A stretch of DNA of 64,000 bases, taken from positions 4,161-68,160 of the forward strand of contig JBGAJL010000007.1 in assembly GCA_044224935.1 (NCBI GenBank), in the 5' to 3' direction. The position numbers and the translations under genes are program-made. The notes under the pieces were generated by a model. That model saw only the letters and a program-made list of their open reading frames with translations. It searched no databases and was not told the origin of the DNA. The stretch comes from Flavitalea sp. (GTDB taxonomy: Bacteria; Bacteroidota; Bacteroidia; Chitinophagales; Chitinophagaceae). Positions 1-9,600 of the stretch are shown here, piece by piece (position 1 is the first letter of the stretch; the number at the start of each line of letters is the position of its first letter).

Positions 1-277
1 ATTTCATCCCCTGGTTCTGGCAACAGCCCCCGTTGCACCGGAAGTGATGCTCGTTCCTATTAACGGAAAATGGGGAAATCCAAATCCAGAAAAAGCTGCG
101 TTGTTTGCGCAGGCAATACAACCGAAATATGTGCTTCCCAATCACTACGATTTAATGCAACTGAATGCAGAAAATCCGGAGACTTTTCAATGGTTCTGTA
201 TGCAATATGGTATCGGCAACCGTTGTAAAATTCCTGTTCTGATGCAGCCATTTGCATGGAACAGGGAGGGTGATTAA
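1..277 (+). CDS. MBL-fold metallo-hydrolase (UlaG-like), C-terminal part; the 5' end lies outside the window
   Basis: The frame is open from nt 2 to the stop at 275-277. The tail ...LVPINGKWGNPNPEKAALFAQAIQPKYVLPNHYDLM... resembles the C-terminus of UlaG-like beta-lactamase-fold hydrolases. It lies 10 nt upstream of the next same-strand gene. Confidence 0.55.
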   Translation, partial: FHPLVLATAPVAPEVMLVPINGKWGNPNPEKAALFAQAIQPKYVLPNHYDLMQLNAENPETFQWFCMQYGIGNRCKIPVLMQPFAWNREGD

Positions 278-286
278 AAAATAAAT

Positions 287-994
287 ATGAGATACCGAAA
301 AAATGTAACAACTATGGAGTCAGCCGTAAATTTTTTTAATGACGCGGAAAAATTTAAGTGGATTAAAGAAAATCTATACGTTGCGATCGTCTGCGATGTT
401 TTAGATGTTCTGGGATACAGGAATTGCGCCATGCACCAGCGTTTACGACCGCTTGACCCCAATAATTGCATCATCGTGGGCCGTGCCCGCACATTTCGAT
501 GGATGGAAACTGATTATATAGAAGACGATGCATATGATTTGGAAATAGAAGCAGTGGATTCGCTTAAGGAGAATGATGTAGTCGTTCATTCAACGGATTT
601 TTCCTGCACCAATGCGCCCTGGGGAGAATTAATGAGCACCATTGCCCAACGAAATGGAGCTGTAGGCGCTATCTGCGACAGTATGATCAGAGACTGTCTT
701 AAAATAATGAAAATAGGCTTCCCCTTATTTTATATGGGAATCCGTCCGGTTGACAGTCTGGGGCGCGGGCGCGTGATGGCCTACGACGTGCCGGTTAAAT
801 GCGGAGAAGTATTGGTAAATCCGGGCGATCTTGTTTTTGCCGATTTTGACGGTGTTGTAGTTGTTCCTCAGCATGTTGAAGACAAGGCATTGGAACTTGC
901 ATACGAAAAAGTGTTCAAGGAAAATAAATCAAGAGCCGATCTGCTTAACGGCGATTCATTAAGAACGGTGTACGACAGGTATGGAGTTTTATAA
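287..994 (+). CDS. RraA-family protein (4-hydroxy-4-methyl-2-oxoglutarate aldolase / oxaloacetate decarboxylase-like)
   Basis: 235-aa ORF with RraA/demethylmenaquinone-methyltransferase-like blocks: GELMSTIAQRNGAVGAICDSMIRD, GDLVFADFDGVVVVPQ. An alternative start is at nt 314. Confidence 0.8.
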   Translation: MRYRKNVTTMESAVNFFNDAEKFKWIKENLYVAIVCDVLDVLGYRNCAMHQRLRPLDPNNCIIVGRARTFRWMETDYIEDDAYDLEIEAVDSLKENDVVVHSTDFSCTNAPWGELMSTIAQRNGAVGAICDSMIRDCLKIMKIGFPLFYMGIRPVDSLGRGRVMAYDVPVKCGEVLVNPGDLVFADFDGVVVVPQHVEDKALELAYEKVFKENKSRADLLNGDSLRTVYDRYGVL

Positions 995-1033
995 CAGATA
1001 TACTTATTTTGCTTACCAACATTTAATACTATT

Positions 1034-1741
1034 ATGAATATTATTTGCATAGCCGCTCATCCCGATGATACCGAACTGCAATGCGCAGGCACGCTGGCCC
1101 GCTACGCCAAAGACGGGCATCGTGTTACAATAGCTGTTTTTACCAACGGAAACATGGGAGATGCGGTAATTCAGCCCGACGTACTCGGTGCGGCCAGGGA
1201 AAAAGAGGCGCGCGCCGCAGCTGCGGTAATTGGCGCAAATTTTATTTGGGGGAATATTACCGATGAACATGTTTTTCCCAACCAGGAGCAGAGGCGCCTG
1301 ATGATTGACATACTCCGGGAAGCCGACCCCGATGTAATCATTACCCATTCACCCAATGACTACCACCCGGATCACCGGTATGTCGGTCAGCTGGTGTTCG
1401 ATTCCTATTTTCAAAAAGGACTTCCGTTTATCCCGGCTCAGTCGCGGCCCGCATGCCGTTTCGGAAACGCACAGCTATATTACATGGATAATTCCGCCGG
1501 GATTAATTTTAACCCGACAGAATATGTTGACATTACCGAAACCTTTGAGACTAAAAAACAAATGCTGCTTTGTCATAAAACACAATTTGTAGCCATGCAG
1601 GATCTGGCCAATACGGATATGCTGGAGATGATCGAAGTGCAGGCGAAGTTCCGCGGTATGGCGGCAGGATGTAAATATGCAGAAGGATTTACCCGGCTGG
1701 ATGCCTATCAGCGCGGACTTACCCGGCGTGTTTTGCCCTAA
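1034..1741 (+). CDS. PIG-L / LmbE-family N-acetyl deacetylase
   Basis: N-terminal signature IICIAAHPDDTELQCAGTLA (AHPDDxE), followed by HSPNDYHPDH zinc-site-like motifs. 235 aa. Confidence 0.85.
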   Translation: MNIICIAAHPDDTELQCAGTLARYAKDGHRVTIAVFTNGNMGDAVIQPDVLGAAREKEARAAAAVIGANFIWGNITDEHVFPNQEQRRLMIDILREADPDVIITHSPNDYHPDHRYVGQLVFDSYFQKGLPFIPAQSRPACRFGNAQLYYMDNSAGINFNPTEYVDITETFETKKQMLLCHKTQFVAMQDLANTDMLEMIEVQAKFRGMAAGCKYAEGFTRLDAYQRGLTRRVLP

Positions 1742-1847
1742 CGCTTGACCCACTGGCAGCAATATCCCTGCGATCCTGCTTTGCCCGACAGGTATTATAT
1801 CAATTGCAGTATTTTCATTAAAGACAAACAATAAAATCGGCTATCCC

Positions 1848-3449
1848 GTGAATGATTTTAATCTTTCCATACTTGATATTTTCATTATTGCAGGGGTAAC
1901 ACTGTTGGTGGTTGTTATTGGTTTGATAGCCGCCAGGAAAGTAAAAAAAACTTCGAATGATTATTTTCTTGCATCAGGCAATATGCCCTGGTATCTTATA
2001 GGAGCCGCTTTCGTTTCTACTGCCGCAACCAGTGAAGCAATGATTGGTACAACAGGCGCTACCTATAAAAGCGGGCTGGGCATTGCCAATTGGGAATGGT
2101 GGGGCCTACCCACTTATTCGCTGACCATGCTTTTTTTTATTCCCATGTATCTCCGGAATAAAATTACGACGGTGCCCGAGTTACTGAATCGCCGTTTTGG
2201 CCCGGTTTGCAGGAATATTTACAGCATTGTAATCCTGTTTGGATATTTGATAATTTTCCTTCCGCCTATTATTTATAGCGGGAGCATAACCGTAAGTGAA
2301 TTAACCGGCTGGAATCATTACTATATTATGGCTGGATTGATAGTGGTTACAGGAAGCTATACGATCCTCGGCGGCCTTACTTCCGTAATGTGGACAGATG
2401 CCATACAGTGCGTTCTTCTCGTAGGCGGGGGCGTATTATTTTTTCTTGTAGCTCTCGACCATATTCCCGGCGGATGGCCGGCGATGGAAGCAGCTACCCC
2501 GGAACGCTTTCACCTGTATCATCTGCCGTCTGATCCCGATTCCCCGTTTTTAGGGCTCATTGTGGGCTCGCTCGGCGCATTTTTATTTTACCAGTCATCC
2601 AACCAGGTGATGATCCAGCGGATACTGGCCGCTAAAAGCACCTGGCATGGCATTATGGGAATGATATTCGCGGGTTTTATAAACCTCGTGCGCCCGATGG
2701 TAACCTGTTTAATTGGCGTGATCGTATACCATTGGCTGGAGGTGATGCATAAAGGCCCGTCGCTGTTGCCATATGACCAGGACAGGGCTTTTCCTTATGC
2801 ATTAAATACCTTTGCGCCGTCTGGTCTTAAAGGAATTATACTGGCCGGATTCTTTGCAGCAGTAATGGCATCCACAAGCGCATTGGCCAATTCTATTGCC
2901 ACTATTTTCACGCTTGACGTTTACCGCAACTTCTGGCGGAAAAATGCAACGGATAAAGAAATGATTACAGTGGGCCGTATCTCTGCGGCGGCGGCGTTGG
3001 TAATCGCCTGCGTATTGGCCCCCTTATCGGGATCGGTAGGATTATTCAAGTATTTTCAGATAGGCGTCACTTATATGGCAACCCCGTTTATTGCGGTAAT
3101 ACTAATGGGCATTTTTTGGAAAAGGACCAGCTATGCCGGAGCTATCGCAGGGCTGGTAGGCGGAGTGATTATTCAAACCGGTGTTGCACTCGCCGTATAT
3201 CTTCTGGATATACAACTTCACTGGTTGTATGTTGGCGGCATTGCGGAAGCGCTGATTATTCTTCTGATCATAATTGTTTCCCTGCGCACCAAAGCCCCCG
3301 CGTACGAGCAGGTAAAACCATTTATATGGAGACCCTCCTGGCTATCGACGCTCAACGATGGTATAAAACGTCCCTGGTGGAAACGCATTGGATTTTGGGC
3401 GACTTTATATGCGCTGGCAGCATGTTACATATATTGGCGTTTTTGGTAA
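1848..3449 (+). CDS. Sodium:solute symporter (SSS) family transporter
   Basis: 533 aa and highly hydrophobic, with about 13 predicted TM segments and SSS-like blocks (GNMPWYLIGAAFVSTAATSEAMIG, TSVMWTDAIQ). An apparent GTG start at 1848 is the only in-frame start before the first TM segment. Confidence 0.85.
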   Translation: MNDFNLSILDIFIIAGVTLLVVVIGLIAARKVKKTSNDYFLASGNMPWYLIGAAFVSTAATSEAMIGTTGATYKSGLGIANWEWWGLPTYSLTMLFFIPMYLRNKITTVPELLNRRFGPVCRNIYSIVILFGYLIIFLPPIIYSGSITVSELTGWNHYYIMAGLIVVTGSYTILGGLTSVMWTDAIQCVLLVGGGVLFFLVALDHIPGGWPAMEAATPERFHLYHLPSDPDSPFLGLIVGSLGAFLFYQSSNQVMIQRILAAKSTWHGIMGMIFAGFINLVRPMVTCLIGVIVYHWLEVMHKGPSLLPYDQDRAFPYALNTFAPSGLKGIILAGFFAAVMASTSALANSIATIFTLDVYRNFWRKNATDKEMITVGRISAAAALVIACVLAPLSGSVGLFKYFQIGVTYMATPFIAVILMGIFWKRTSYAGAIAGLVGGVIIQTGVALAVYLLDIQLHWLYVGGIAEALIILLIIIVSLRTKAPAYEQVKPFIWRPSWLSTLNDGIKRPWWKRIGFWATLYALAACYIYWRFW

Positions 3450-3513
3450 TTTTTAGCAGGAGGTGTTGCGCCCGTGTGATTATAAGAGTCTGGAAAAAGT
3501 TTATATTTAACTA

Positions 3514-4380
3514 ATGAAAGCAAACTATAAACCCATCCCACCGGACGAATCCAGTTTGTTCAATGTTGTTTTCCAAAAAGGCAAAAAAGAATTTGAATAC
3601 CCCTGGCACTATCACCAGGAATATGAACTGACATATATTCCCAAAGGGCAGGGACTGCGGTATGTAGGAAACAGTGTAGAAAATTTTCTCAGCGACGATC
3701 TGGTTTTGATAGGTTCTAATTTGCCACATTGCTGGATCAACGAATCAGGAAGCAGTGAGAAATCGGTCGATGCGATTGTTGTTTACTTAAAAGAAGATTT
3801 TTTCGCACAGGCATGGCTGAAAAGCTACGAGTTTGAAGCAATCCGGGAGCTATTGGAATTGTCCAGCAAAGGGATTAAGTTCAGCCAGGCCATGGGGTCG
3901 AAATTAAGAGAGAAATGTATCGAGCTGCCAAAGCTTCCACCGCTTCAGAAATTTATTCTGCTGATGCAGATATTGCAGGAATTAAGCGAATCATCGGAGT
4001 ACCGTTTATTGTGCGAACAAACATTTTCCTGTGCGCTTGATCCCGGCTATCGTGAACGCATCAACGCTGTTTATAAATATATCGATCTTCATTACCGGGA
4101 AAAAATATCTCTTGCCGATGTCGCGGCTCATCTTTATATGACTCCTGAATACTTTTCCCGCTTCTTCAGCAAAACGATGAAGAAATCTTTTTTTGAATTC
4201 CTGAACGAATATAAGATCAGCCGGTCATGTAAATTGCTCATAGAAACGGACAAACGTATAAGCGAGGTCTGCTATGATTCGGGATTCGACAGTATTCCCT
4301 TTTTCTACCGGCAGTTCAAGAAATTTAAAAATTGTCAACCCAGGCAATACCGGAGCAATTATTTCAAAGCCTTTTCATAA
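3514..4380 (+). CDS. AraC-family transcriptional regulator (N-terminal cupin + C-terminal HTH)
   Basis: Cupin-like segment WHYHQEYELTYIPKGQG...LIGSNLPHCW. C-terminal AraC HTH: ISLADVAAHLYMTPEYFSRFFSK...ISEVCYDSGFDSIPFFYRQFKK. Confidence 0.9.
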   Translation: MKANYKPIPPDESSLFNVVFQKGKKEFEYPWHYHQEYELTYIPKGQGLRYVGNSVENFLSDDLVLIGSNLPHCWINESGSSEKSVDAIVVYLKEDFFAQAWLKSYEFEAIRELLELSSKGIKFSQAMGSKLREKCIELPKLPPLQKFILLMQILQELSESSEYRLLCEQTFSCALDPGYRERINAVYKYIDLHYREKISLADVAAHLYMTPEYFSRFFSKTMKKSFFEFLNEYKISRSCKLLIETDKRISEVCYDSGFDSIPFFYRQFKKFKNCQPRQYRSNYFKAFS

Positions 4381-4542
4381 CACCCTCCCACCCTGCCGGC
4401 ATATTGCTTTCATTGAAACAGTAATGCTCCCGGAATCAAAAGGTTTTCAGAAGTTTGAAGCGCTATACATTTCCAGGAAAAGAAAGACAAAATAAGCTAC
4501 ATATTTATCTATATCGGGTAAAAAGACCAAAGTGCCGTTTGC

Positions 4543-4550
4543 TAAATTTG
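4543..4550 (+). promoter_or_regulatory. Candidate Bacteroidota -7 promoter box (TAAATTTG) upstream of the ceramidase-like gene
   Basis: It matches TAnnTTTG and lies 58 nt upstream of the ATG at 4608. No TTTG -33 element sits at the expected 19-21 nt spacing. Confidence 0.25.
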
Positions 4551-4607
4551 AATGATAATTTATAGCAGCCCTGTAAATGCATAACCAAAAACCGACTTCT
4601 TGCTTGT

Positions 4608-5999
4608 ATGAAAAAAAGTAAAACGACCCGGAATAAAAGTTTGGGTGGCACAATGGAAGTTGGGGTAGCGCAGATAGACATTACCCCGCAAACACCGGTT
4701 CGCCTATCCGGTTTTGCGGGAAGAGTTAAATCCGAAACAGGCAAAGTGATCCGGAGGCTGCATGCTAAGGCGCTTGCTTTCGGAAGCGATGTGCAGCGCC
4801 CATCGCTGATTATAACAGTTGAACTGATAGGAATACAATGGAGAACAACCAGCCGGATAGTGGAATCACTGGCAAAAAAAATGCGGATGAGACCGGAGCA
4901 GATTGTTATTTGCGTTACGCATACGCATGGCAGCCCGGAAGTGGGCTGCCTGATCAACCACCTGCAATGCAGGGGAGACTACCCGCGCAATTATAAGTTC
5001 AGCGATTCGCTCCTGGAACTTGACCAATTGATACATATTGCGCAGTATAATGAAGAGCTTGTAAAGAGGCTCGAAGAGGTGGCACTTGCGGCGTTAAAAA
5101 ACCGGAAGCCTGCTATGGTATCCTGGGGAAAGGGACGCGCTTTCTTTGCGGAAAATCGCAGGGAAGCCGGTGGGCCCGTGGATCATTCACTACCTGTTTT
5201 GCGGGTGACCGATCCTGATGGAACGCTCAGGGCAATCTGGCTAAATTATGCCTGTCATGGCATAGCGGTCGGGCCAGATGTGAATGCAATTCACGGCGAT
5301 TGGATGGGCACGGCACAGGATGCCATTGAAGCAAATCATCCCGGAGCCATGGCCATGATCTCCATTGGATGCGCCGGTGATGCCCACCCCGCGCTAAGAG
5401 ATAAAATGGAGTATCTGAAATTATACGGCCAGGAAATCTCCGATAATGTAGATAAATTATTGAAATCAAAGTTACAACCCTTAACACGGCCCCCCGTGGG
5501 AAGGATGAAGTGGATTAAATTACCCTTTGCAAAAGTTCCGACCGTGCCGGAACTGATTGAATTAACGAAAGACACTACGATAAAAGGATATTACGCGCGC
5601 CTGGCCCTTGATCGTATTCAAAGGGGATTTTCTCTCCCGGATGTGTTGAATTATCCTGTACAAACCTGGCAATTTGGCAACAAAATGCTGATGATCAATA
5701 TGGGAGGTGAAGTGGTAGCGGATTACAGTGTGCGGCTCAAAGAAGAATTAAACGAGGATAAGCTTTGGATAAATGCTTATGCCAACGATGTAACCTGTTA
5801 TATTTCTTCGAAGCGGGTAATAAGAGAAGGAGGATATGAGCCGGATATCAGCATGTATTGGTATGATCAGCCCTCTCCCCTTTCTGAAAAAACAGAAGCA
5901 ATCATTATCGACGCGATAAAAGAAATAATTCCCGCAGTATTTAAAAAGAGAAAGCAGAAAACCAGGTCGCAATTATTGCAGGAAACTGTTAATCGATGA
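4608..5999 (+). CDS. Neutral/alkaline ceramidase-like N-terminal-domain hydrolase (function unknown)
   Basis: 463 aa. The N-terminal block GVAQIDITPQTPVRLSGFAGR and later CVTHTHGSPE and NYACHG resemble the neutral ceramidase fold family. No clear signal peptide. An alternative start is at 4653. Confidence 0.55.
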   Translation: MKKSKTTRNKSLGGTMEVGVAQIDITPQTPVRLSGFAGRVKSETGKVIRRLHAKALAFGSDVQRPSLIITVELIGIQWRTTSRIVESLAKKMRMRPEQIVICVTHTHGSPEVGCLINHLQCRGDYPRNYKFSDSLLELDQLIHIAQYNEELVKRLEEVALAALKNRKPAMVSWGKGRAFFAENRREAGGPVDHSLPVLRVTDPDGTLRAIWLNYACHGIAVGPDVNAIHGDWMGTAQDAIEANHPGAMAMISIGCAGDAHPALRDKMEYLKLYGQEISDNVDKLLKSKLQPLTRPPVGRMKWIKLPFAKVPTVPELIELTKDTTIKGYYARLALDRIQRGFSLPDVLNYPVQTWQFGNKMLMINMGGEVVADYSVRLKEELNEDKLWINAYANDVTCYISSKRVIREGGYEPDISMYWYDQPSPLSEKTEAIIIDAIKEIIPAVFKKRKQKTRSQLLQETVNR

Positions 6000-6008
6000 G
6001 TAAAGTTT

Positions 6009-6398
6009 ATGAATAAAACGAAAATAGATCACCCCGACAGGGAGGCTGGTTTTGTAACAGGAGTGTTTTCCGACGGGATCTTAATGGATGGCTTTTTATT
6101 TGTCAGCGGTCAGGCATCGGTTGATTTTAAAACTTCAACGTTTGTTTTGGGAACTATCGAAGAAGAAACGGAGCGAACGCTTGAAAACATTAAAGCGATA
6201 GTCGAAGCAGCCGGCGCGTCAATGGAGAACGTGGTAAAGTGTACGGCACATTTAAGTGATATCAGCGACTTTGATCGTTACAATGTAGTATATGAGCGAT
6301 ATTTTCCAGGAATAAAGCCGGCAAGAACAACCGTTCAATCCGTTTTAGGAAAGGGAATAAAGGTCGAAATCGATTGCATCGTAAAAGTTCCGTCTTAA
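6009..6398 (+). CDS. ridA: RidA / YjgF / Endoribonuclease L-PSP family protein (reactive enamine/imine deaminase)
   Basis: 129 aa with typical blocks LFVSGQ, ENIKAIVEAAGASMENVVKCTAHL, PARTTVQ, VEIDCI. It lies 10 nt after the preceding gene. Confidence 0.85.
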   Translation: MNKTKIDHPDREAGFVTGVFSDGILMDGFLFVSGQASVDFKTSTFVLGTIEEETERTLENIKAIVEAAGASMENVVKCTAHLSDISDFDRYNVVYERYFPGIKPARTTVQSVLGKGIKVEIDCIVKVPS

Positions 6399-6531
6399 GC
6401 AGCCGCAGTATGTAAACCATTTCTAATTGTGAGGGACCCGCTGCCGAAATTCAGGATTGGGTTGACAGATTTGGAAATACGACCACATTCTAAATAAAAA
6501 ACAGTATAATATGAAATGAAGAAAAAACATT

Positions 6532-6566
6532 AAAAAAAAGCGGAAAATGTTAGCTGCATTTTCCGC
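6532..6566 (-). terminator. Intrinsic terminator, canonical only in minus-strand orientation
   Basis: Perfect 10-bp stem GCGGAAAATG (6540-6549) / CATTTTCCGC (6557-6566) with a 7-nt loop. On the minus strand it is followed by T8 (complement of A8 at 6532-6539). On the plus strand it is followed by AATTAGTAAG, which is a poor U-tract. Confidence 0.6.
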
Positions 6567-6616
6567 AATTAGTAAGTTATAACTGTCCCCAGACAGTCAT
6601 CTTCCAAAACTCATTA
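6532..6616 (-). ncRNA. Candidate ~80-85 nt small RNA, antisense to the 5' leader of the first susC-like gene
   Basis: It is bounded by a consensus minus-strand promoter (6621-6653) and the minus-strand terminator (6532-6566). It contains a second 6-bp hairpin (6582-6587 / 6592-6597). No meaningful ORF is present. The transcription start is inferred, not observed. Confidence 0.35.
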
Positions 6617-6620
6617 ATTG

Positions 6621-6653
6621 CAAAAGTATGAAAAAAATTGACGATCATGCAAA
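6621..6653 (-). promoter_or_regulatory. Candidate Bacteroidota sigma-AB promoter on the minus strand (TTTG-N21-TACTTTTG)
   Basis: The reverse complement of 6621-6653 reads TTTGCATGATCGTCAATTTTTTTCATACTTTTG. This gives a -33 TTTG, a 21-nt spacer and a -7 TAnnTTTG. It overlaps the susC start codon (6628-6630) and points away from susC. Confidence 0.4.
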
Positions 6654-9600
6654 TGATCTGTTACACCCCTGCTTCAAACATGTCTTGCTGATAAAGCTGG
6701 CCCTGATCGCGCTGCTAATCAATACATTTCCCGCTACTGCCCGAACAAGCTCTGCTGAGAAGAAAATTGGTCTCAGGAAAATATTTATTAATCTGTCGTC
6801 GGAAAACAATAAATTTTCCGGCGAACGATTCGAATTTATTAATGCAGTATTGCCGATACACGGAAGGATACTCAATGAAAAAGGCGAGCCTTTAAGCGGA
6901 GCCAGTATCGAAGAAAAAGGAAAGAACAACGGCACCACTTCCGCAGCCGATGGCAGTTTTTCCATAAAAGTTGCGAACGAAAATGCAATACTGGTGATAT
7001 CCATCGTAGGATATACCCAAATGGAAGTACCGGTTAAAAATAACAGAACACCCACCATTGTGCTGACAGCCCTCCAGAATAATATGGATGAAGTGGTGGT
7101 AGTGGGATATGGAAAGCAGAAAAAACTCAGCGTTACGGGCGCCATCGCTTCCATACAGACAAAAGAGCTGAAACAAAGCCCCGCAGCTAACTTAGCCGTT
7201 TCCCTTGCCGGACGCCTGCCCGGGCTTACCGCTATCCAGAAAAGCGGAGAGCCGGGACGGGATCTCACGCAATTATTTATCCGGGGCCAGGGAACCGTGA
7301 ATGTTCAGAGCCCAATTATCATGGTCGATGGAATTGAACGGGATCTAAAATCAATCGATCCGAACGAAGTAGAATCGGTTACCATTTTAAAAGATGCTTC
7401 TTCTACGGCCGTCTTCGGCGTGCGCGGCGCTAACGGTGTTATACTGATTACCACGAGAAGGGGAAGATCTGAAGCTCCCGAGGTGAGTTATTCATTTCAG
7501 ACCGGTATGCAGGATTTTCCGCGATTGATCAAACCCGTAAATGCATTCGAATATGCCACATTGAAAAATCTCGCGCTGACTAATGATGGCCTGAGTCCGG
7601 CTTATTCGGATGATGCCCTGGAACGGTATAAGCTTCATGACGATCCTGTAAGATACCCCGATAATGACTGGAATAAAATCAATCTGAAAAAATACGCCTT
7701 CATGCAAAGGCAAAACCTGACGATTTCGGGTGGTGGCAAATTTGCGAAGTATTTTGTAAATGCTGGATACCTGAAACAGGGTGGACAATTCAGAACGGAA
7801 CCCGGTCAGCCATTGGGATATGACCCGGCATTTAAACTTGACCGGTATAGTTTCCGGTCTAATATCGATTTCCAGTTAAACAAAAACCTGACAGCATTTC
7901 TGAATGTGGCCGGATACGTGGAAAAGATAAATTCTCCGTGGGGCGCAACGGGAAGCAATGCCTCTTTATATATTATTGCATTCGGTAACGATATGCCCGC
8001 AAACGCTCCCGGGCCCTTAACGCAAAAAGGAGAAGTGCTTGTTGGAAGCGCCGGACAATGGTCACAGTTTGCCCTGATAAATCGTTCGGGTTACGTAAAA
8101 ACCACCAGCGGAAACATAACATCTTCTTACGGGATGGAACAAAAGCTGGACTTTATAACAAAAGGGCTGTCGGCAAAAGCAATGGTGTCGTTCGATTTAA
8201 CCCCGGTGAATAATCTCAGCGCTTCGAGAGGCTATGAAAGCTGGATGCAGGTGATCGATCCGAACCTTAAAGGCATCGATGGAAAGGACAGCGTTTATTA
8301 TGTTCCTTCCAATGCCGGCGTAAATACTCCGCTTAGCCTCACCGGCAATACGAGCTTTACATCTTTATCCAATATTCAGGCGACCATCAACTACAGCAGA
8401 ACCTTTAATAAACATTCACTCACATCACTTGTTTTATTTCAGCAGCAAAACCTGGTTATCGATGCGCAACTGCCTTTTAATTCAAGGGGCTTTGCTACCC
8501 GGTGGGCGTATGGCTATGATAGTCGGTACTTCCTTGAATTTGATGCCGGCTATAATGGATCAGAGCAATTTGCAAAAAAGAAACGGTACGGCTTTTTCCC
8601 CGCCTTGTCAGGCGCCTGGGTAATTTCAAAAGAAAGCTTTCTTGAAGATGTATCGGCAATCAGTTTGCTGAAGCTAAGGGCATCCTACGGATTGGTAGGT
8701 AATGACAGGCTTGGCGCTCAGCGGTTCCTGTATCTCGACGATGTGCAGCTCTCCGGCGGTGGATATAGCTCCAGCCTGGGATTGGGTCAGACCGTTATAA
8801 CCAATCTTCTTAAAAATGAAAACCTGCGATGGGAAGTAGCAAAAAAACTGAATGTCGGCGTTGAGCTGGGATTATTCAATACAATAACGCTTTCCGTAGA
8901 TGTGTTCAACGAAAGACGGAACAATATACTTCGCAACCGCGGTACAGTGCCACTGTTGAACGGATTACCTATCAGCGTACTGGCGCCCGTGAATATCGGG
9001 GTCGTTGAAAATAAAGGATATGAAATAGAACTGGATTATCAGAAGAAATTCGATAAAGACTGGTCATTTCTCGGAAAACTCAATCTGAACTATGCCAGGA
9101 ACCATCAGCTGAATGCAGATGAGCCGCTTCTCCCGGAAGACTATGCATATCGATATCGCGAAACAGGTTACCGGATAGGACAGTTATTTGGTTATAAAGT
9201 AGATAAATATTTCGACAGCCAGGACGAAATAGATCTTTCTCCTGTACAAAATGTTGGCGGCCATCCATCACGTCCCGGCGATTTCAAATACAGGGATATT
9301 AATGGAGATGGCGTAGTGGATTTAAAAGATCAGGCTCCTATCCTGTATTCTTCCGTTCCTGAATACTCTTTTGGAATGGCGCTCCAAACCTCTTATAAGA
9401 ATTTCGATTTGAGTGTATTGGTTCAGGGCGTTACCAATGTTTCGAACTATTATATGTTCCGCGGCACCAATTCGGTCAGTAATTATGTGGCCCGCCACCT
9501 CGAAAGCTGGACCGAAGACCGTGCAAGCAAGGGATTGCCCATAGAATATCCCCGCCTGACAACCCAGGCAAATCCCAACGAAATAATGAATGATTTCTTT

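Noticed and set aside
3116-3514. A 132-aa ORF overlapping the 3' end of the SSS transporter gene, and the 73-aa ORF at 4274-4495 overlapping the AraC gene end.
   Set aside because: Both are alternative-frame ORFs within or trailing well-supported genes. They are Arg/Cys-rich with no motifs.
6540-6566. Reading the 10-bp hairpin as the plus-strand terminator of the RidA-containing operon.
   Set aside because: On the plus strand the hairpin is preceded by A8 and followed by AATTAGTAAG, with no U-tract, and it lies 142 nt past the RidA stop. The minus-strand orientation is canonical. Bidirectional function cannot be excluded.
6628-6860. A possible STN/anti-sigma signalling extension at the N-terminus of SusC1 (an extra ~35 aa, IFINLSSENNKFSGERFEFINAV, between the signal peptide and the CarboxypepD_reg domain).
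   Set aside because: It is too short and too dissimilar to the ~80-aa STN domain, and no ECF sigma/anti-sigma pair is present in the window.
6645-7268. Long ORFs antisense to or out of frame with strongly supported genes. Examples: 6645-7268(-), 40815-41336(+), 49092-49889(+), 51539-52060(+), 55150-55650(+), 58687-59193(+), 28710-29183(+), 17860-18318(-).
   Set aside because: Each lies entirely inside a gene with clear family motifs on the other strand or frame. Their translations are low-complexity or Arg/Ser/Pro-rich, with no recognisable motifs, start context or signal peptides. These are typical shadow ORFs.
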